The notes under the pieces: model-generated
Seen by the model: the letters and a program-made list of their open reading frames with translations, nothing else
The model's database searches: none
What the model was told of the DNA's origin: nothing
Program-made: the position numbers and the translations under genes
Shown: piece by piece, positions 38,721 to 48,995 of the stretch
Layout of the letters: the number at the start of each line of letters is the position of its first letter
How positions within the stretch are numbered: the first letter of the stretch is position 1
NCBI GenBank assembly: GCA_037137755.1
Contig: JBAXJR010000005.1
Span: 1 to 64,000, forward strand
Direction of reading: 5' to 3'
Length of the DNA: 64,000 bases
Source of the DNA: Methanomicrobiales archaeon
GTDB taxonomy: Archaea > Halobacteriota > Methanomicrobia > Methanomicrobiales > Methanospirillaceae

Positions 38721-39383
38721 TTGAGTGATAAACAACCAGACCAGGAATTAATGAGGCATTTAGAAGAACAACTAGGATTTTTACAGATAGCTGCTGCTGC
38801 CTATGATAAAGGGTATACCGGCGAAGCAAAACGAATGGCAACAACCATTCGTATATTGGTGCATGATACTCGTCAATCTACCTCGTTATTGACCTCGTTG
38901 GGAAAAAAAGATATACAATTTTACAGCACTGCCGCAACCATCGATAACGGCACAGCAATGCCAACATTCAGGTTGGTTGGTGTAAAACCACCCGTAAATC
39001 CGGGGACCTCAAAAAAATTATATTATGCACCATTAGATGACAGGCCCCCATATATTGACGTAAATAAAAAAATAGCCTTCCGCCAGTGGTGGAATGAAAT
39101 TATTATAATTGATACCATGAGAAACAGCTCCAGTCGAAAAGACCTGGTCCTTTCTGTGAGCAACAAAAAGGGTGGAGCCCACATGGACTCAGGATTAGAT
39201 GATGCCTACGCGGCATTGACAAGGTTTAATTCCCAAGCCTGGACTGCATGGGATCCAAAAGGAATTGACAGAAATCTGAAAGGTGCAGAACTGGCAAGTA
39301 TTCGCCAGATCTGTCATGAGGTGTTAAAGTCGCTAAAGGATGAATTTCCAGGATATTTTTCCTCAGCTGTTCAGTCAAAATAA
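38721..39383 (+). CDS. Hypothetical protein (AT-rich, probably acquired)
   Basis: GAGGAG SD, TTG start; EAKR.A..IR.L.HD, F..WW, R..LV..V.NK.GGAH.D motifs. Confidence 0.75.
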   Translation: MSDKQPDQELMRHLEEQLGFLQIAAAAYDKGYTGEAKRMATTIRILVHDTRQSTSLLTSLGKKDIQFYSTAATIDNGTAMPTFRLVGVKPPVNPGTSKKLYYAPLDDRPPYIDVNKKIAFRQWWNEIIIIDTMRNSSSRKDLVLSVSNKKGGAHMDSGLDDAYAALTRFNSQAWTAWDPKGIDRNLKGAELASIRQICHEVLKSLKDEFPGYFSSAVQSK

Positions 39384-39536
39384 ACCTGAAGTTGATTCTG
39401 AAGTGATAATTAGTACTAGTAAGATCGAAAGATCTTACTAATTTCCCCAAAGTAATTTTTTGCCAGATTTTTATCTCGTTTACTGGCATCATATCGCTCC
39501 GGGCCTCCCCTCAAAAAAAAACTCACACTTTTGTAT

Positions 39537-39878
39537 TCAGAGCAGTTTCGTCTCTTTTTCAGGTCTTGGGACTTTGACGACCAGGACCCGGAATATATGC
39601 CTGCTCTCGTTTATCCAGCAGTGGGGAATTCCTGCCGGGCTCTCGACGAGCATATCTTTTTGTATGGTCTCCCGTTCATCGCCGATCTCAATATCTGCCC
39701 TGCCTTCGAGGACATAAAAAAACACATCAACCGGGGTGATATGTTTCCTGAGCGATTCGCCAGGATTTAATGTTATGACTACCGCAACAGCATGGGGGGA
39801 ATCATATATTTTTCTTGCATCGACACCATGCGGGTTTGGCCCGGATACTACCTGGCTTACATCAGTTACCTGTATCAT
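39537..39878 (-). CDS. Cupin domain protein
   Basis: L.PGE....H.TP....FYVLEG...G.E, P...PH...N; GGAGG SD. Confidence 0.9.
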   Translation of the reverse strand: MIQVTDVSQVVSGPNPHGVDARKIYDSPHAVAVVITLNPGESLRKHITPVDVFFYVLEGRADIEIGDERETIQKDMLVESPAGIPHCWINESRHIFRVLVVKVPRPEKETKLL

Positions 39879-39954
39879 CCCTTGTTCCTCCGTGATTTTT
39901 GAAACAACCCTATATCAGGACTCACAATTGAAATAATTATCCTTTCACCCGTAT

Positions 39955-41550
39955 TCACTCATCGAACCCGGTTTCAGCAAGCACGTCGGCCGTAGGGCCC
40001 ATCCTGACAATCCTGCCCCCTCTTACCAGTGCAACCCGGTCGCACACATCCCTGACAAATTCCATGTCATGCGAGACCAGAATGAAGGTTTCATCCATCT
40101 CGTCCCGGGCGTGAAGAATGGAATGTTTCACGTCCATTTTTGTGATCGGGTCCATCGTCCCGGTTGGCTCATCGAGGATCACGATCCGTGGCTCCCGGAT
40201 CAGGACCTGTGCAAGTGCAACCCGGTGACGCTCCCCGTCTGACAGTTCACCCGGATAATGGTTGAGGACTTCCTTTGCCTTCATTTCAGAGAAACCCGCC
40301 ATTGCAAGGGTAATAAGGGCTTTCCGGATGGCCAGTTCCCGCGGAAATTCGAGGCCTATTGAATCGGTCAGGTTATCAAGGACCGTACGGTGCGGGAACA
40401 GGTCGTATTCCTGGTGCAGGAGCCCGATGTATTCCTTTGCCCTTCCCCGCTGGTCAATTCCGGGGGTTGTCATGTCGACCCAGTCATCCCCGATAAGAAT
40501 ATTCATCTCACCGCTGGTGGGTTCAATGATACCGGCAATAATCTGGGACAAGGTTGTTTTTCCAGCCCCGCTTTTTCCTATGATACCAAAAATCTCCTTC
40601 TTTGCGACATCAAAGGAGACCATGTTTACCGCCTTGACGACACCACGGTCGACCGAGATATAACGTTTGGTCACGTCCCGGGCAGACAGGATCTTTTCGC
40701 CGATTTCCGGGACCTCCACCGCTGCGGTGTCATCGTAGTCTTTTGTGAAGGACCGGATTACCGATGCCGGTGAACCAATCTCTGCAATCTTACCGTCCAC
40801 AAGGAGCAGGGCCCGGCTCGCCATGTCCTCGATGACATGGGGAAAATGCGAGGTGACCACCATGCCCATATTATTCGTTTTTGCCGCCTCGATAAGCATT
40901 GCATGGACTATTCTTGCGGTTTGCGGGTCGAGGGTGCCGGTCGGCTCGTCGGCGAACAACATCGCAGGGTCCTTTGCGAGCTGGCGTGCAAGTACCACCC
41001 GTTGTTTCTCCCCGCCTGAAAGGTCACGGGCAATATGCATCATCCGGTGCGAGAGGCGTACCTGGTCGATCAGGTCGGCAGCCCTGTTAATTGCCTTCTC
41101 CTGCGGGTAATTGATATCGTCGAGGGCATGGAGGACGTTCTCGATCACACGGTCGTCCCCGTACAGGGCAAATGTGCGCTGGAACATGATTGCCGTGCGG
41201 TGCATTACGCGGGACTTCAGTCCGTCTGTCCTTTCATCCCAGAGGTCGACATCCATTGCAGTAAGTTCCCCGGCGCACGAGGGGCAGCACGTACCCGCAG
41301 CGCTCTGCACATCGGTATGTTGGCACGTCGGGCAGGCCGCAATATGATAGATGACTGAACCCTCTGTCGGAGGTTGTTCGACACCCCGGAGAAGGTGCAT
41401 CAGCACGCTCTTCCCTGCACCGCTCCTCCCGATGATCCCGATGATCTCTCCTTCAGGGATCTCAAATGTTACATTATCCAGGACCCGTTTACCTTCAAAG
41501 TCCATGCAGAGGTCTTTTACTGTAATCATTGGCAACGTCAATGGTCTCAC
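39955..41550 (-). CDS. atwA: Methyl-coenzyme M reductase activation component A2 (twin ABC ATPase)
   Basis: Two ABC cassettes (GRSGAGKS, GKSGAGKT), Zn insert CPTC..CPSC, IMFQRTFALY, HRMMHIARDLSGGEKQR, SVDRGVVKAV. Confidence 0.92.
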   Translation of the reverse strand: MRPLTLPMITVKDLCMDFEGKRVLDNVTFEIPEGEIIGIIGRSGAGKSVLMHLLRGVEQPPTEGSVIYHIAACPTCQHTDVQSAAGTCCPSCAGELTAMDVDLWDERTDGLKSRVMHRTAIMFQRTFALYGDDRVIENVLHALDDINYPQEKAINRAADLIDQVRLSHRMMHIARDLSGGEKQRVVLARQLAKDPAMLFADEPTGTLDPQTARIVHAMLIEAAKTNNMGMVVTSHFPHVIEDMASRALLLVDGKIAEIGSPASVIRSFTKDYDDTAAVEVPEIGEKILSARDVTKRYISVDRGVVKAVNMVSFDVAKKEIFGIIGKSGAGKTTLSQIIAGIIEPTSGEMNILIGDDWVDMTTPGIDQRGRAKEYIGLLHQEYDLFPHRTVLDNLTDSIGLEFPRELAIRKALITLAMAGFSEMKAKEVLNHYPGELSDGERHRVALAQVLIREPRIVILDEPTGTMDPITKMDVKHSILHARDEMDETFILVSHDMEFVRDVCDRVALVRGGRIVRMGPTADVLAETGFDE

Positions 41551-41709
41551 CCGGGCTGTTGTTCAGCCATTGGTTTTCTCTTCTTCCGGTAGCCGGGGAC
41601 TAGTTTGATGTACGTCTGGCACCGGCACTGCTGTCCCTGAATGTGGCCAGGTCCCCGTCCTGTTGCACGCCCTCTTCCCAATGGACCGGCTCCATCAAAT
41701 CCGGCACAT
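41547..41709 (-). pseudogene. DUF5320-like small protein, frameshifted right after its ATG
   Basis: GGTGGTG SD, ATG + 1 extra base, then AGFDGAGPLGRGRATGRGPG..; no in-frame start; TGA overlaps the atwA GTG. Confidence 0.65.
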
Positions 41710-41739
41710 GCACCACCGATAGAAATGATTGTAATAGTA

Positions 41740-41755
41740 ACTCATATGCGCATAA
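41740..41755 (-). promoter_or_regulatory. Operator-like motif TTATGCGCATATGAGT just downstream of a TATA box
   Basis: 15/16 identical to 42584-42599; follows TTTAAGTA on the minus strand. Confidence 0.7.
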
Positions 41756-41821
41756 ATACTTAAAATTAGTGAAAGGTACCGGAAACCCGGCCCCATATAT
41801 CAGAGGACTGGTTTCCGGCAA

Positions 41822-42541
41822 TTATTTCTTTGAACCGGCTGCCCCGGTAATGATCCCGATTGACTGGGTAAAATCAGGGAGCATCTCGCCAGGTATCCCG
41901 ATGACCATCTCGGTGTCCGCGATACCTGAAAATTTCCTTGAACCGTCACAACCAAGTGAAAAATTGGGTTTGCCCGTCAGGTACGGCATTGCGCCCGCAT
42001 CTGAGCAGACCGACTGGATACCTGCGCATGAACCGGTGACCCGCCCGCCAAGCCTGAACAATGAAGATTGTGCGAGTTTCAGCATTGCCCAGGGGCTTGC
42101 CATTATGATAACAACATGTGGTGTGAACGGGGTTTTCTCCAGCGGGGCGTATATCGTGGCGTATGTTGACCCCGAAGGGAGGTGGGGGATCTGTTCAATA
42201 GTCCGTTTACATGCGGCGGGGGTGTTGAATTTTCCAAGCTTGTAATAGAAATCCCCGCTTTTCAGTGTCGGGGTGATTTCCCTGAGACCGAGAGCCCATG
42301 CACCCCCGTTACATTCATGCCTTGACGAAGTCGAATAGAATATCCGGCCTTCTGTTCTCGCAAGGTTCACCATGGTGCAATGCCTGATGGTCTTGTCGAG
42401 TTCTTCAATCCCGGGAGGGATCTCCTCCTTTGTCGCGGCAAATTTGACGGCAACCGGAGAACCTGTCATTTTCAGGGCATTTTTAAGGATTTCAGAGGAC
42501 TCAGCATAGTGTATCGGGATTTTCATGGCATCGTCGGTCAT
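41822..42541 (-). CDS. DUF169 family protein
   Basis: SPVAVK, RHC, C.GG..ALG, YAPL....F.P.VV, GIQSVC.D, SLGC.GSR. Confidence 0.88.
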   Translation of the reverse strand: MTDDAMKIPIHYAESSEILKNALKMTGSPVAVKFAATKEEIPPGIEELDKTIRHCTMVNLARTEGRIFYSTSSRHECNGGAWALGLREITPTLKSGDFYYKLGKFNTPAACKRTIEQIPHLPSGSTYATIYAPLEKTPFTPHVVIIMASPWAMLKLAQSSLFRLGGRVTGSCAGIQSVCSDAGAMPYLTGKPNFSLGCDGSRKFSGIADTEMVIGIPGEMLPDFTQSIGIITGAAGSKK

Positions 42542-42583
42542 TGGTACCTGGCTCCGTGACCCAATTGTTAGCGGGTCTTAATC

Positions 42584-42599
42584 ACTCATATGCGCGTAA
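42584..42599 (-). promoter_or_regulatory. Operator-like motif TTACGCGCATATGAGT abutting a TATA box
   Basis: Immediately follows TTTTATAA on the minus strand, upstream of the DUF169 gene. Confidence 0.7.
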
Positions 42600-42632
42600 T
42601 TATAAAAAAGGGTATCATCGTAACCCAGGCGG

Positions 42633-43034
42633 TTACCCGGTATCTGTCGTGTCCTGTTCCGGCTTCCGGGTAGTACCTGCACAGTTACACGGGCACTGTC
42701 CCCGGGCCGCTTTCTGGCACCCGGCTATTTCAATTCCTTTTCCGTTGACGAGTGCATCCGCAATTTTCCGTCGCACCTCCTGGAGGTCACGCCAGGCAGT
42801 CTTCCGCGAGACGCCGAGTTTTTGTGCGGCTTCTTCCTGTTCCAGCCCTTCGATATCGATGAGCCGGACGAGTTCAATCTCCTCCGGGTTCAGTGAGATC
42901 ACCGCCAGGTCTTCATCACCGGAACACCGTGGCTGGAAACACCGTGATTCAGGGCTTCCTGATATCATCCGGCGGACCCGGGGCCTCCCCCGGCGGTGAC
43001 ATACTTCCTCCGGGATTATTGGGTTATCAGCCAT
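42633..43034 (-). CDS. DUF134 (UPF0251) HTH DNA-binding protein
   Basis: RGRPR..R.I, F.P, EE.E..RL.D.EGL.QEEAA...GVSR.T, R.KIADAL..GK.I.I.G, Cys-rich tail. Confidence 0.92.
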   Translation of the reverse strand: MADNPIIPEEVCHRRGRPRVRRMISGSPESRCFQPRCSGDEDLAVISLNPEEIELVRLIDIEGLEQEEAAQKLGVSRKTAWRDLQEVRRKIADALVNGKGIEIAGCQKAARGQCPCNCAGTTRKPEQDTTDTG

Positions 43035-43064
43035 TATTGTATCCTCTTGAGCTCCGGGGCGTGT

Positions 43065-43097
43065 TGTTATCCTGATATATTTTGTCAGGTATTAACA
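43065..43097. promoter_or_regulatory. Inverted repeat upstream of the DUF134 gene
   Basis: TGTTA-T-CCTGA-N9-TCAGG-TAT-TAACA overlapping an AT-rich TATA-like core. Confidence 0.4.
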
Positions 43098-43367
43098 TGA
43101 GGCTTTCTGACTGTTGGGAACTCTTCCGGGGTATACCACTTTCACCAAGGCCTGTCATGGATTCCGGCAAGGCCCAGGAAAACTGTATACGGGACTGTAC
43201 CATTCCGGGCCATAATCCAGGGCATTGCTCTCCTCTCCGGGGTTATCCGGGAAAATATGGTTCCGGGACGTCCGGCATTGAATGGACAATTCAGATCCAA
43301 TTCGCCCCAATGCAAAAAGCCAATAAAAAGAAGGCCCGGATGGGCTGCTTCGTTGCCCCCTCCCGGA

Positions 43368-45641
43368 TCATGGCGCGAACCGGTAATCTTCTTTTGGTAC
43401 GGCAATCTCAAACCTGGCTCCCTTACCTGGTTCGCCGGTTTCTGTCATTGAAAACCCGGTGATTGAAAGTATCTCCTTCGAGAGGAATAATCCAAAACCG
43501 GTATGTTTTCCGTAGCCCCTTTCAAATATACGCTCTTTTTCATCAAAGCTGATGCCTACACCATTATCCTCATAGATCAGGTGCAGGGTCTCATCAACGG
43601 TAACATGGCAGGAAAACCGTATTGTGGTGACATGTATTCCATGCCGCAGGGCGTTCTCCATCAGCGTGAAAAAGGTCTTTTCCAGGAGGGGATCTGCATA
43701 GACCTCGAGATTGTCAAGGTTGATGGTAAGAGCGACTGCTCCCGGCAGGAGACCGGTTTTTGCTTTCCTGATCAGTCCCTCCACATTCTGCCATGTCGGG
43801 GCATGCACACCGATATCCTGGTACGTTTTTGTGAACAGGATCTCCTCCTCAATACTTTTTGCAGCCACCTGGGCCTTTCTGATGAATTCACGGACCTCCG
43901 GGTCAGAGGTAGTTGCCTGCATCTCAAAGAGTGAAAGGTACCCTTTCAGTACCGTGAGATGGTTCAGGATATCGTGGCGGGTCACCGAGTTTAACAGGTT
44001 GAGCTTGGTATTTGCCTGGCGATATGCTCCCTGTGCGGTCTCGAGCTCCGCAGTCCGCTCCGCGATCCGCGTTTCCAGTTCATGGTATAATGTACGGAGT
44101 TCCTCTTCCGCTTCCTTCCGGGAGGTGATGTCAACGATTGATCCTTCGACAATGTCCCCGTTATTTTTTAACCGGGCCGCTACCTCGCCCCAGAATACCT
44201 TCCCTGTTGCAGGGTTTCTGAACTGCATTTCATATCCATTGAAAAAACCATCCCGGGATAAGATTACCCGTACCTCCTCCATGTCCTGCCGGTTCGCATA
44301 ATCCGAAAAGATTGATGTTCCGATAACCCCTCCAAGGGACGGTGCACTGAACATGTCACACAACCGCTGATTCCCGGAAATAAGTGTATTGCTAGTCAGG
44401 TTTATCTCGAAAAGAGCGATACGGGCAGAAAGGTAGAGATCGCGGTATTTTTGTTCACTCTCACGGAGCGCTGTTTCACTCAGAAGGATTGTATCGAGCG
44501 CTTCCCGCAATGATGTCACCATGTGGTTAATACTCTGTTCGAGCACCTGGAACTCGGTTATTTCCATCGATGCAATCCTGCGATTATAATCACCTCTGGC
44601 AATCCGGTCCACATCAGAAACAATATCCCCGATAGGTTGTGACAATGCGCGGGAGAGGATCACCGCCAAACCTAAGCCAACAATTAATCCTAATAATGCG
44701 ATCAGGATAATACTGGGGAACTGGTGGGAAATGACCGAATCCAGCAGCGTTGTGTTGTAGGTAATTTCCACGACCCGGCTCACATCAGACCCGTATTCCA
44801 TATTTTTCAAATCAATGAAAAGATAGGTCACCGACTTCCCGGTCGCCGGTTGCGTAATGACCGTTCCTGATCTGTTGCTGATTACACCAGTGAGCGCCGC
44901 CTTCACACCATCGTCCGGGACATAGGTGGCATTCTCCACGAGGTGTCCCGTTATATCGAAAATACGGATGTTCTCTATGGAGGGGTTGTTTGAGGCAAGG
45001 GTATTGATGATATTCTGGTAGTCCAGCGCTTCCCTTTCTTTACTGAATGCAATCCCGCTCAACCCGAGTTCAAGGATATACCGGTGGTCCGGGGTGGGCA
45101 TGTAGGCGAATTTCCGGAGAGACCCGTCACCTCTTTTTTCATTGACAACACGGTCCGGGAAAAATCCGTCGGAATTCCGGATCCTGGTAAGGTACTCATA
45201 GAAATACGGGACTGCTTTAAAGTCGACCCCCAGTTCCGGTTGGTACGTGGTATATTCGATAACCCCTGACTCGTTAATAATGTAGATATCATACTGGTCT
45301 CCGAGCTCCTGCCTGACTGCACCAAGGTCCATCTTGGCAGGATCATTACCGGCACGCTGGTATTCCTGCATTACACGGTCGAGTCCACGATTCATTTCCT
45401 TGTTTAACGAGTTATCAAAAAGGGTAAAACCCGCATCGACCAGTCTCACCGCTGCGATGATATCCTGTTCAGTCTGGCCCTGTGTGTGGGCCGAATTTTC
45501 ATTGATCAGGTTCCTGGTGGTAAAAAAATTATTCATGCTCATGAGTCCCACGACAATTACCGTGAGCAGCACCATCGCTACGAGGAGATAGAAGAAGAAC
45601 GACCTGCTCCGGGGGGTTCTTTGGGAATTTGGGGACATCAC
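43368..45641 (-). CDS. Membrane sensor histidine kinase (extracellular domain, HAMP, PAS)
   Basis: Two TM helices, HAMP (LSQPI..IARGDY..EF..L..SINHM), PAS, VTRHDILNH, ENALRHG, HTGFGL. Confidence 0.93.
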   Translation of the reverse strand: MMSPNSQRTPRSRSFFFYLLVAMVLLTVIVVGLMSMNNFFTTRNLINENSAHTQGQTEQDIIAAVRLVDAGFTLFDNSLNKEMNRGLDRVMQEYQRAGNDPAKMDLGAVRQELGDQYDIYIINESGVIEYTTYQPELGVDFKAVPYFYEYLTRIRNSDGFFPDRVVNEKRGDGSLRKFAYMPTPDHRYILELGLSGIAFSKEREALDYQNIINTLASNNPSIENIRIFDITGHLVENATYVPDDGVKAALTGVISNRSGTVITQPATGKSVTYLFIDLKNMEYGSDVSRVVEITYNTTLLDSVISHQFPSIILIALLGLIVGLGLAVILSRALSQPIGDIVSDVDRIARGDYNRRIASMEITEFQVLEQSINHMVTSLREALDTILLSETALRESEQKYRDLYLSARIALFEINLTSNTLISGNQRLCDMFSAPSLGGVIGTSIFSDYANRQDMEEVRVILSRDGFFNGYEMQFRNPATGKVFWGEVAARLKNNGDIVEGSIVDITSRKEAEEELRTLYHELETRIAERTAELETAQGAYRQANTKLNLLNSVTRHDILNHLTVLKGYLSLFEMQATTSDPEVREFIRKAQVAAKSIEEEILFTKTYQDIGVHAPTWQNVEGLIRKAKTGLLPGAVALTINLDNLEVYADPLLEKTFFTLMENALRHGIHVTTIRFSCHVTVDETLHLIYEDNGVGISFDEKERIFERGYGKHTGFGLFLSKEILSITGFSMTETGEPGKGARFEIAVPKEDYRFAP

Positions 45642-45762
45642 GGTAATCCATGGATCACTATCTTTCCGGTTATATGGCCGGAAAGGGTATGTATAGTGTG
45701 AATTTTATGATGTCAGCTCTCTACACGATAACATTACCGAAAAAAATTTTGCTTTTCATCCA

Positions 45763-46818
45763 CTATGGTTCAACAAACCTGAATTCGCCTTCAGGTACTG
45801 ATATCTCGAACCTGGCCCCTTTCCCCGGTATGCCGTTCTCTTTTATCGATAATCCGGTTATACCAAGGATTTCCCGGCTCAAAAATAGACCAAAACCGGT
45901 GTTTTTCCCAAATCCTTTATGGAAGATCCGCTCCTTGTCCTCTGCAGACACCCCGGTCCCGTTGTCCTCATAGATGATACATAATTCTTTATTGGCGGAT
46001 TTCTGGTAAGAGAAGCTTATCTGGGTGACATGTTCTCCATGCCTGAGGGAATTGTCAACCAGGTTCCCGAACACCTTTTCAAGCATCGGGTCCCCGTACA
46101 CCTCAAGATTCCCCAGGTCATCCGTCAGCCGGATATCATGCAGGGGTATTAATGAGGTTATTTTTTCTACGTATCCAGCGATGTTCTGCCATTGCGGGGC
46201 CTGGACACCGATATCCTGGTAATCCTTGGTGAAGGCAATCTGGCGACCTATGGTATTCGCAGCGTTCTCGCTTTTCTCCAGAAAATTTATTACTTCGGTA
46301 TCTGAAATTCTCTCCCGTGCGAGGTCAAGATACCCGATAAGAACCGTCAGCTGGTTGAAAATATCATGCCTGGTAATGTTCGAGAGAAGGTTTAACTTTT
46401 TATTGGCAGTTTCAAATGCCCGCTGGGATGCATGCAATTCAGAATTACGGTCTACAACCTCAATGTGACAGTCATTCTTATAATCGGCAAGAGTGCCGAC
46501 CACTAATGCCACGATGAACAGCATTAAGGCCCGTATGAGCGATTCGAACGGAAATATCCCCGTGATGTAGCTTGCCACCACTACCTGGAGACCCCCGAAT
46601 AGTAGTGCAACCCAGATCGCCTTTTTCCCGTACCAGAGGCCGGCAACGACGACGATAAGGTAGAAAAACTGCGTATATACCACCGTGATATGGAGATAAA
46701 AATGGATGACAAGTTCAAGGAACAGTCCGGTCGCGACGAGGAGGGCAAAAACATAGGGCTGGGCGCTGCTCGTGCTGGTAAGCCATGATTCACCGGATGC
46801 CGGTCCCTGGTCTGTCAT
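45763..46818 (-). CDS. Four-TM sensor histidine kinase
   Basis: Four N-terminal TM helices, ITRHDIFNQ, NLVDNSLRHG, NTGFGL. Confidence 0.93.
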   Translation of the reverse strand: MTDQGPASGESWLTSTSSAQPYVFALLVATGLFLELVIHFYLHITVVYTQFFYLIVVVAGLWYGKKAIWVALLFGGLQVVVASYITGIFPFESLIRALMLFIVALVVGTLADYKNDCHIEVVDRNSELHASQRAFETANKKLNLLSNITRHDIFNQLTVLIGYLDLARERISDTEVINFLEKSENAANTIGRQIAFTKDYQDIGVQAPQWQNIAGYVEKITSLIPLHDIRLTDDLGNLEVYGDPMLEKVFGNLVDNSLRHGEHVTQISFSYQKSANKELCIIYEDNGTGVSAEDKERIFHKGFGKNTGFGLFLSREILGITGLSIKENGIPGKGARFEISVPEGEFRFVEP

Positions 46819-47033
46819 ATAGTTTCAATCGCCTGGTATTGCGGATAAAGCAGGATGTAGTAAAATGAGGATGGGTGATATTTATCCTTCACTGCCAAAT
46901 CCGGACATTGATTATTGGCAGGCTGGTTTCTGACTTTTTTTATCTTTTTCAAAAAACTATTCGCCAGGACCCAGATTCCAGGGAAGGGAATGGACCCATT
47001 GCGGTGGTCCGTTTAGCCCCCTTGGAATTTTGT

Positions 47034-47600
47034 TTATTCATTATCCTTTTTATTTATCCGATCATACGAGGAGATTAAATATTTTGAGCGTTCCGATAAT
47101 TTCCTGGTCTGCTCCGACACGCGTACCGGATCAATTGTGGCATCTATCAGGATATCAAAACTGATCTCGTTCATCCAGTTGGCCTTCTCGAACATACTCA
47201 TGAAACAGACCCCGATTACCGCTGAGTCCTTGTGGCGGGCGAGCATACGTTTTGCATCACCAACGGTCACCGGGACGTTCGGCATGGCGAGCCCCCCCAT
47301 GATGACCTGTGCACCGGGCATGAGCACCATGTGGTCTTGTGAGATCTGCATGCCAACCCCTTCCACGAATATTATTTTTTTTGCCTGTGCTTCCTTAAAA
47401 TACGGGACATAGACCTGTTCAAGGCCGAGCCCGCGGACTGCGAACGCCAGCAGTTCAATAAACGGGGTGCAGGTGCCGGGTACACCATAATACACGATCT
47501 GGTATCCTTTTCCAAACTTGTTCGTTTCAAGATACTGTTTGAAAGGGCGGAGTATTCCGGGGACTCCTTTATGAGGGCTCTGGTCACTCATTGTTGTCAC
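47034..47600 (-). CDS. DUF2124 family methanogen protein
   Basis: G..GTCTPF.EL.AF..R, GGLAMP, GVCFMSMF. Confidence 0.85.
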   Translation of the reverse strand: MTTMSDQSPHKGVPGILRPFKQYLETNKFGKGYQIVYYGVPGTCTPFIELLAFAVRGLGLEQVYVPYFKEAQAKKIIFVEGVGMQISQDHMVLMPGAQVIMGGLAMPNVPVTVGDAKRMLARHKDSAVIGVCFMSMFEKANWMNEISFDILIDATIDPVRVSEQTRKLSERSKYLISSYDRINKKDNE

Positions 47601-47695
47601 ACGAAAGAGAATCGCACTCGTCGGGACTTAATAATGGTGGTTGTACAATTGCCTACAACTAATACCATTCTATGGCCGTTCCGATACCGGTCTCC

Positions 47696-48020
47696 TTAAC
47701 AGGGCAATTTTAAGCGAGGAATATGTTTAGATGGCAGTGAGGTGCTATGACAGGCGTAGAGGGCACGTAACCAAAGATCATGCAAATACCTGCGTGTTTT
47801 TTCCAATGCGGGCCCATTGGGGGAGAGGAGGTGGTGCCCGCCGATAATGTCAACCACCCGTTCTTCCCGGCATACTGTTCGCGCTGTCTCTACCCTGTTG
47901 CAGATCCCTCTAATGGGTGCAGCTGGTACAAATAACGAGGCCGTCCCCCTGGTTTTCAGGGCAGGGGCAGAATCTTCCAGGATACGGTTATTACCGGTTC
48001 TGCCGTCGGGCAGGATTATG
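47696..48020 (-). pseudogene. C-terminal remnant of an MBL-fold hydrolase (COG1237-like)
   Basis: EDSA.A.KT, GICN.VE.AR, DIIGGHHL, ACHST versus consensus GC.H.GI.N / GGFHL / CHCT; N-terminal HxHxDH half absent. Confidence 0.6.
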
Positions 48021-48216
48021 ATTTCTGCATTATAGCGAATGATGCATGAGGGTCCATATCCTGGTTCATAAGCAGTTACGATTGTTTTTTTATCTCTCAA
48101 AACCCGGGGTTCCCCCAGGTAGACCGGGCATACCTCTCCCCATCGTTCCCGGGTCGTTCCTGCCGAACACGTATATACCGGGTATGACAGAAGATGATAC
48201 CTGAGGTGTAGTGAGA

Positions 48217-48357
48217 ATGGCTATTGATCCGATCTGTAAGATGACCGTGGATGAAAAAACCGCGAAATTAGTCAGCGAGTACAAGGGGAAGAACTATTAT
48301 TTCTGTGCCCCGGGCTGCAAGAAGAAATTTGACGCTGACCCGGAAAAGTATGCCTGA
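48217..48357 (+). CDS. YHS/TRASH domain metal-binding protein (missing from the ORF track)
   Basis: GAGGTG SD; MAIDPICKMTVDEKTAKLVSEYKGKNYYFCAPGCKKKFDADPEKYA. Confidence 0.92.
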   Translation: MAIDPICKMTVDEKTAKLVSEYKGKNYYFCAPGCKKKFDADPEKYA

Positions 48358-48458
48358 AGAGACGGGAATGTGGATCCCCGGCATACTAACCAGGGACAAT
48401 TCTTTTCTTTACTGGCTGGTATGAATATTCTGTCATGGAGTTATGTTGCTAACATGAG

Positions 48459-48995
48459 GTGGTCCAGATTCTTGAAATGTTAACCCAGGCGACATGGTCG
48501 CCATACGTGGCAGGGGCCGGCATCGGCATTCTCGTCTGTCTTGCCTTTCTTCTCTCGAACCGGCCGATAGGCTGTTCATCCGGTTTTGTCAAGGCTGATG
48601 GACTGATAGGAAAAACCATCAGTCCTTCGCATGTCGAAAAGAAAGAATATTACCGGGAGATTATCCCTGAAGTGGACTGGGCGTTCATGCTCATCCCGGG
48701 CATCGTGATCGGTGCCTTCATCTCGTCTATGCTTTCCGGCCAGTTCCATCTCATTATTGTCCCGGCAACATGGAGTGCTACATTTGGCAACACCCCGGTA
48801 CTCCGGATAATCGTTGCGATGCTTGGCGGGGCCCTCCTTGGCTTCGGTGCCCGCTGGGCCGGCGGATGCACGAGTGGTCACGGGATCAGCGGGTCCATCC
48901 AGCTCTCGCTTGCCAGCATGATCTCGGCTGCATGTTTCTTTGCCGGTGGGATCGGGATGGCCATGTTTCTGTTCTACGTGATCGGGGGTGCTTAA
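48459..48995 (+). CDS. YeeE/YedE sulfur-transport family protein, part 1
   Basis: WSPYVAG..IG, IGCSS, G...GAF.S, FGARWAGGCTSGHGISG. Confidence 0.9.
   Translation: MVQILEMLTQATWSPYVAGAGIGILVCLAFLLSNRPIGCSSGFVKADGLIGKTISPSHVEKKEYYREIIPEVDWAFMLIPGIVIGAFISSMLSGQFHLIIVPATWSATFGNTPVLRIIVAMLGGALLGFGARWAGGCTSGHGISGSIQLSLASMISAACFFAGGIGMAMFLFYVIGGA

Noticed and set aside
43082-43462. ORFs between DUF134 and the HAMP kinase
   Set aside because: No recognisable domain, overlap the kinase 3' end, probably intergenic
19196-46818. Genome-wide TAG recoding
   Set aside because: TAG at 19708, 26044 and 45763 falls at plausible protein ends and readthrough gives no meaningful extension
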